A DNA stretch of 64,000 bases from assembly GCF_009914755.1 (NCBI RefSeq), contig NC_060936.1; one strand, given 5' to 3'. Within the stretch, counting starts at the first letter, position 1. Every line of letters starts with the position of its first letter. The position numbers and the translations under genes are program-made. Under the pieces are notes generated by a model. The model worked only from the letters and a program-made list of their open reading frames with translations, searched no databases and was not told the origin of the DNA. The DNA comes from the human T2T-CHM13v2.0 reference genome, Homo sapiens. Below are positions 58,737 to 64,000 of this stretch, in pieces.

Positions 58737-59860
58737 GGAAACACCAAATCAGAGTGTCCAATCAGCAGCACCATGCAGCAGGAGGTACATTCCACAGGTT
58801 GGTCCCCCTAGGCACAAACCCCTAACAATCCTTTCCATATTAATAGGATATCCTTTTTCAGACCTCCCTCATTAAAGACAGGCTATGTGAAAGTACACAG
58901 TCAAAGAATTAAGAAGAAAACATAGTGAAAAGGAACAAAGATCACCCACAGGATACAGAAAATTACCTCAACAGACCAAATCCAGGAATTATTGGTGTTC
59001 CAGGAACAAAAAACAAATAAAGGGGTCATTTCAGCAAGAGGATATAACAATTTTATAACACTTATATATCAGTGCACCCAACGCCAGAGCTCCCAAGTAT
59101 ATAAAGCAAACATTAATAGATGAAAAAGGAGATATAGACTGCAATACAATAAAAGTAAGGGATTTTACTCTCCATTCTCAGTAATGGATGGATTATTCAC
59201 ACAGAAAATCAACAGAGTTAAACTACACCCAAGACCAAATAGGCCTAATTGATATTTACAGAGCATTTCATCCAACTGCTGCAGAATACACATACTTTTC
59301 ATCAGCACATGGAACATTCTCCAGAATAGACCATATCTCATGCCAGAAAACAAGTTTCAACTAATTCAAACAAGTAGAAATCATATCAAGTATCTTTTCT
59401 GACCACAATGAAATAAAACTAGAAATCAATAAAAAGAGAAACCTCAGGGAATACACAGACACGTGAAAATCAAACAACATTCTCCTGAATGACCAGTGGG
59501 TCAGTGAAGAAATTAAGGGGGAAATTTAAAAGTTTCTTGAAAGAAATGAAAATGGAAATACAACATACCAAAATCTATAGGATACAGCAAAAGCAGCAGT
59601 AAAAGGGAAATTTATTGCAATAAATGCCTATATCAAAAATGTAGAAAGACTTCAAATAAACAATCTAAATATACACCTCAAGGAACTAGAAAAGCAAGAA
59701 CAAACCAAACCAAAATTAGTAGAAGGAAAGAAATATAAAGGTCAGAGCAGAAATAAATGAAATTGAGACCAAAAAAATACAGAAAATCAATAAAACAGAA
59801 AGATGATGTTTTGAAAAGATAAACAAAATCAACAAACTTTTGTCTAGACTAAGAAAAAAG

Positions 59861-60266
<406 letters not shown>

Positions 60267-61044
60267 CTATTTGCCAACAAGTTGCAAAACCTAAAAGAAA
60301 TGAATAAATTCCTGGACATATAATACCTACCAAGATTGAACCATGAAGAAATAGAAAAATAATGAAGGCCTGAACTAAAAACATGAGAGTAGAGAAGAGA
60401 GATTACATCTGAGAAGCAAGCCAGATTGTCATATGATTGATGTGGAGGAGTCAAAGAGGAAAGAGGATTCTGATATGGGTGTCCAGATGGGTGGCAGTGC
60501 CATCGGCTACTGAGTAAAACCAGGCAAGGGGACTACAGTGGGGAGGTAATCCATTCCATGTTGGAGATCTTGGGATTGAAGTGCCTTTTTAACAGGTGAA
60601 GACAACGAATATGTAGCGTAAAGTGTAGGCCTACGAGTATAGTCAAGACAGAAGACAGATTTGGTATAGCATGGATGTCTTCATCTTCAGAATGTTCTAC
60701 TGGAATAAGAAGACAAAATGTAAGGACCATTTAAGAAATCAAGAGGCAGAAAGAAGAAAAGGAGCCTCCACAGAAAACTGAGAAGCAGCAGCTACTAGGG
60801 TGATGAGATGAAAACTGTGGGTTCAAGCCCCATGAAAACATGCAGTGTGCTGTCTAGCTCACTAGTCCCAGTGCCCTGGCCCACAGGAGAGACTCAAATA
60901 CATAGGAAAACTGAACCAAGTAAAGCAGGGAAGAGGGAGGGATGGAAGGGAGCTTGGAAGGAGTGAACTGGTTAACAGTAAAACTACAAATGTAGCAAGA
61001 AACATAGTGAAAGCTAAGTATTCAAAATACAATTTATTTCATTT

Positions 61045-61750
<706 letters not shown>

Positions 61751-63885
61751 AACATTTATTTGCACAGATGGGAGAGTGTGCTTTCTGAGGGAATTTAAGT
61801 GTGGGCAATTTCAATGGAGTGGCAGCTTTGTGGCCTGGGAAGCTGAAAGGAAGGTGAAGAAGTGGAGAGAGCAAAGGTAAACTGCTGTTGCAAGGAGCTT
61901 AGCTAGGAAGAGAGGATAGACTAGTAGCTGGAAGGGAACATAGGAGTGACAGAAGCTGTTTTGTGTTTTTAATGAGCAAGTCTGGAGCATGTGGGCTCGA
62001 TAGATTCTGTTTACATTACACTGTAGAATTTGCTCAAGGAAAACGAGGGGGTTGGATAAAAAGACAGATTCCTTCCAGCTTTGAGTCTACTATTCCACAA
62101 CTTTGAAATTCTTTCTCAGTGAAGCCAGATGGAAGATTTTACTTGATAAAATTAGTTGGAAAAAATCATTTACTACACTTTTAATGAGGTATTTAAATAG
62201 AAACCCAAAGACCTATTTATTCTAATATCGTTTTAATTCATGAGCTTTTAATGTTTTCCCAAGCTGGTCTGTGACATTTCTTGGCCTAAAGAGAAATCTA
62301 AAGTTTTTATTGTCTTTAGATTTGGCCTAATGACATGTTTCTGCTTTCCTGTCTAAGGTTAGGAAAGAAAGAGTCAAGGTTATCTTGGGTTCATATTCTT
62401 TTTCTCCATTGCCTTTTCCTTTCTGTTCTCTGCCCCTCTTTCCACACAAAGAAAAAAAAGTAAGTGCAGGCGGTTATAAAAAAAAAGCCATGTTTCTTTC
62501 ACAATACATCTTAAACTAATGTAATCACTCGTGTAAGTGTTTTCTGCAATTTTCTGTCTACTAAATATCCCTTGAAACACTTCAGCTTTCTCCGAACCTG
62601 GTATCTTTCACTTATGCTAAACTTTTTCTTTTCTCCTTCTCTTCCTATGAGCAAGAGAGAAGGATAGACTAGTAACTAGATAGACTAATAGCAGTGTATG
62701 CATGTCAATCCCAGAAATTACCCCAGAGCCTCATTTTATCTCTACATCACTGCACAAAGCCCTTTCTCAGCACACCTGCTTCAATTATACGTATTCCTAT
62801 TTTTTTCATACTTTTTGCACTTTCCTATCTCCAGTTACTCCTTTTCCTATCCTTACCTCAGTTTTCAATTATCCCCTAGTAGGGCTATAAGAAGGGGAGA
62901 GACGGCTGCAAAAAATATAGAACTCATTTTTTCCAGCTTTCAGATGTGTTTTGGCACCTACCAAAATTGGTATATCCCCAGTTTTGGAAATTCACTATAC
63001 TTCAGACAAAGTAACATTACACCTGGAAGACAGGTCTCAAAAGGAATTAGAGAGCTATTCACTTAGCAAATCTTTGCTCCTTGCTCATTTCTATTCTGGG
63101 CACTCCTCCATACAATGGATGAATAGCATTATCTCTCAGACAAATGCAAATAATCTTCATAGAGAGATCTTTATGTTTTTCTCTAAAGTATGGTATCTTT
63201 CTAGCTCACAGTTCCCTGGAACCAGGTGATAATTAAAGAGTTTCAGGCTCAAAGGTGTTCTCTCTGAAATTCCTGATGAGCTAGCTTCAGACAAGAATGA
63301 GAGTAAACAGAGATGGTGATGATATCATAAGTGGATCAGGTTATAATGTTAATAAGTTGGAAATGAAATGTGGCTGCCTAGTATCAATAATTGACTTAAT
63401 TCACATTTTCCCTGACACATGTAAATCCAAATCCCAGCATTCATAATTGTAGTTACCGTATTTTGGCAGGCATATGTACCAAGCTGAGATGAACAGAGCA
63501 CAAATAATCTCTGTCAGTACTGTAGCCTACACCACAGTGGAACCTCATTATAAAGAGATCTAAAACATTTTGTGACAGCAGGCAATCCTTCTCTAGAAAT
63601 AATAGCAGAAATCTCAATATCTCTAAATCTAAATAATGATTTGCATCCTTTATCTTTACAGAACAGGCTTTTAAAACTATAAAATATTTTAGAATACTCA
63701 GCCTCTGGGACAAACTAAGTACTTCTCTATATAATTGAGCAACATTTTCAAATATTGACCACCCTGATGATTCCAAACCATGTAATTAGCTTAATCAAGT
63801 ATACTTTCCTCCATCTTACTCTTGGCAAAACATATTTTTACATTATTTAATACAATTAAAAAGCCATTCGTTTTTCTATTTCTCC

Positions 63886-64000
63886 TTTTTTTTTTTTTTT
63901 TTTTTTGAGATGGAGTCTCGCTCTGTCGCCCAGGCTGGAGTGCAGTGGCGCGATCTCCGCTCACTGCAAGCTCCGCCTCCCGGGTTCACACCATTCTCCT
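63886..64000 (-). mobile_element. AluY (cut by the window end)
   Basis: Poly-T, then gagatggagtctcgctctgtcgcccagg...gcaagctccgcc. Confidence 0.93.

Overview
Primate (very likely human) genomic DNA, AT-rich and dense in Alu, L1, L2, MIR, LTR and DNA-transposon remnants. I can support no intact protein-coding exon. The main functional landmark is a CpG-island promoter at ~41.6-43.3 kb. It holds a non-coding first exon on the minus strand (donor GAG|GTAAGA at 42392/42391), so positions 1-42391 are most likely a very long first intron. About 14 kb upstream lies a clear processed pseudogene of MRPS7 (~56.4-57.9 kb) interrupted by a MER1B transposon. From recall, this layout fits EPS8/MRPS7P2 on 12p12; that assignment was not verified by a search. 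I see no evidence of a new multi-gene system. The most interesting signals are retrotransposition fossils and candidate RNA-processing elements: a TSD-flanked 353-bp insert that is not a single TE, one L1-endonuclease target used twice (three TSD copies), a 5'-intact, internally deleted, 3'-truncated L1 in a seemingly continuous L2, a near-perfect 52-bp tandem duplication, closely spaced inverted Alus, a sense-oriented THE1 LTR with TATA and splice donor, and candidate recursive splice sites. Repeat subfamily names come from remembered consensus sequences and boundaries are approximate.
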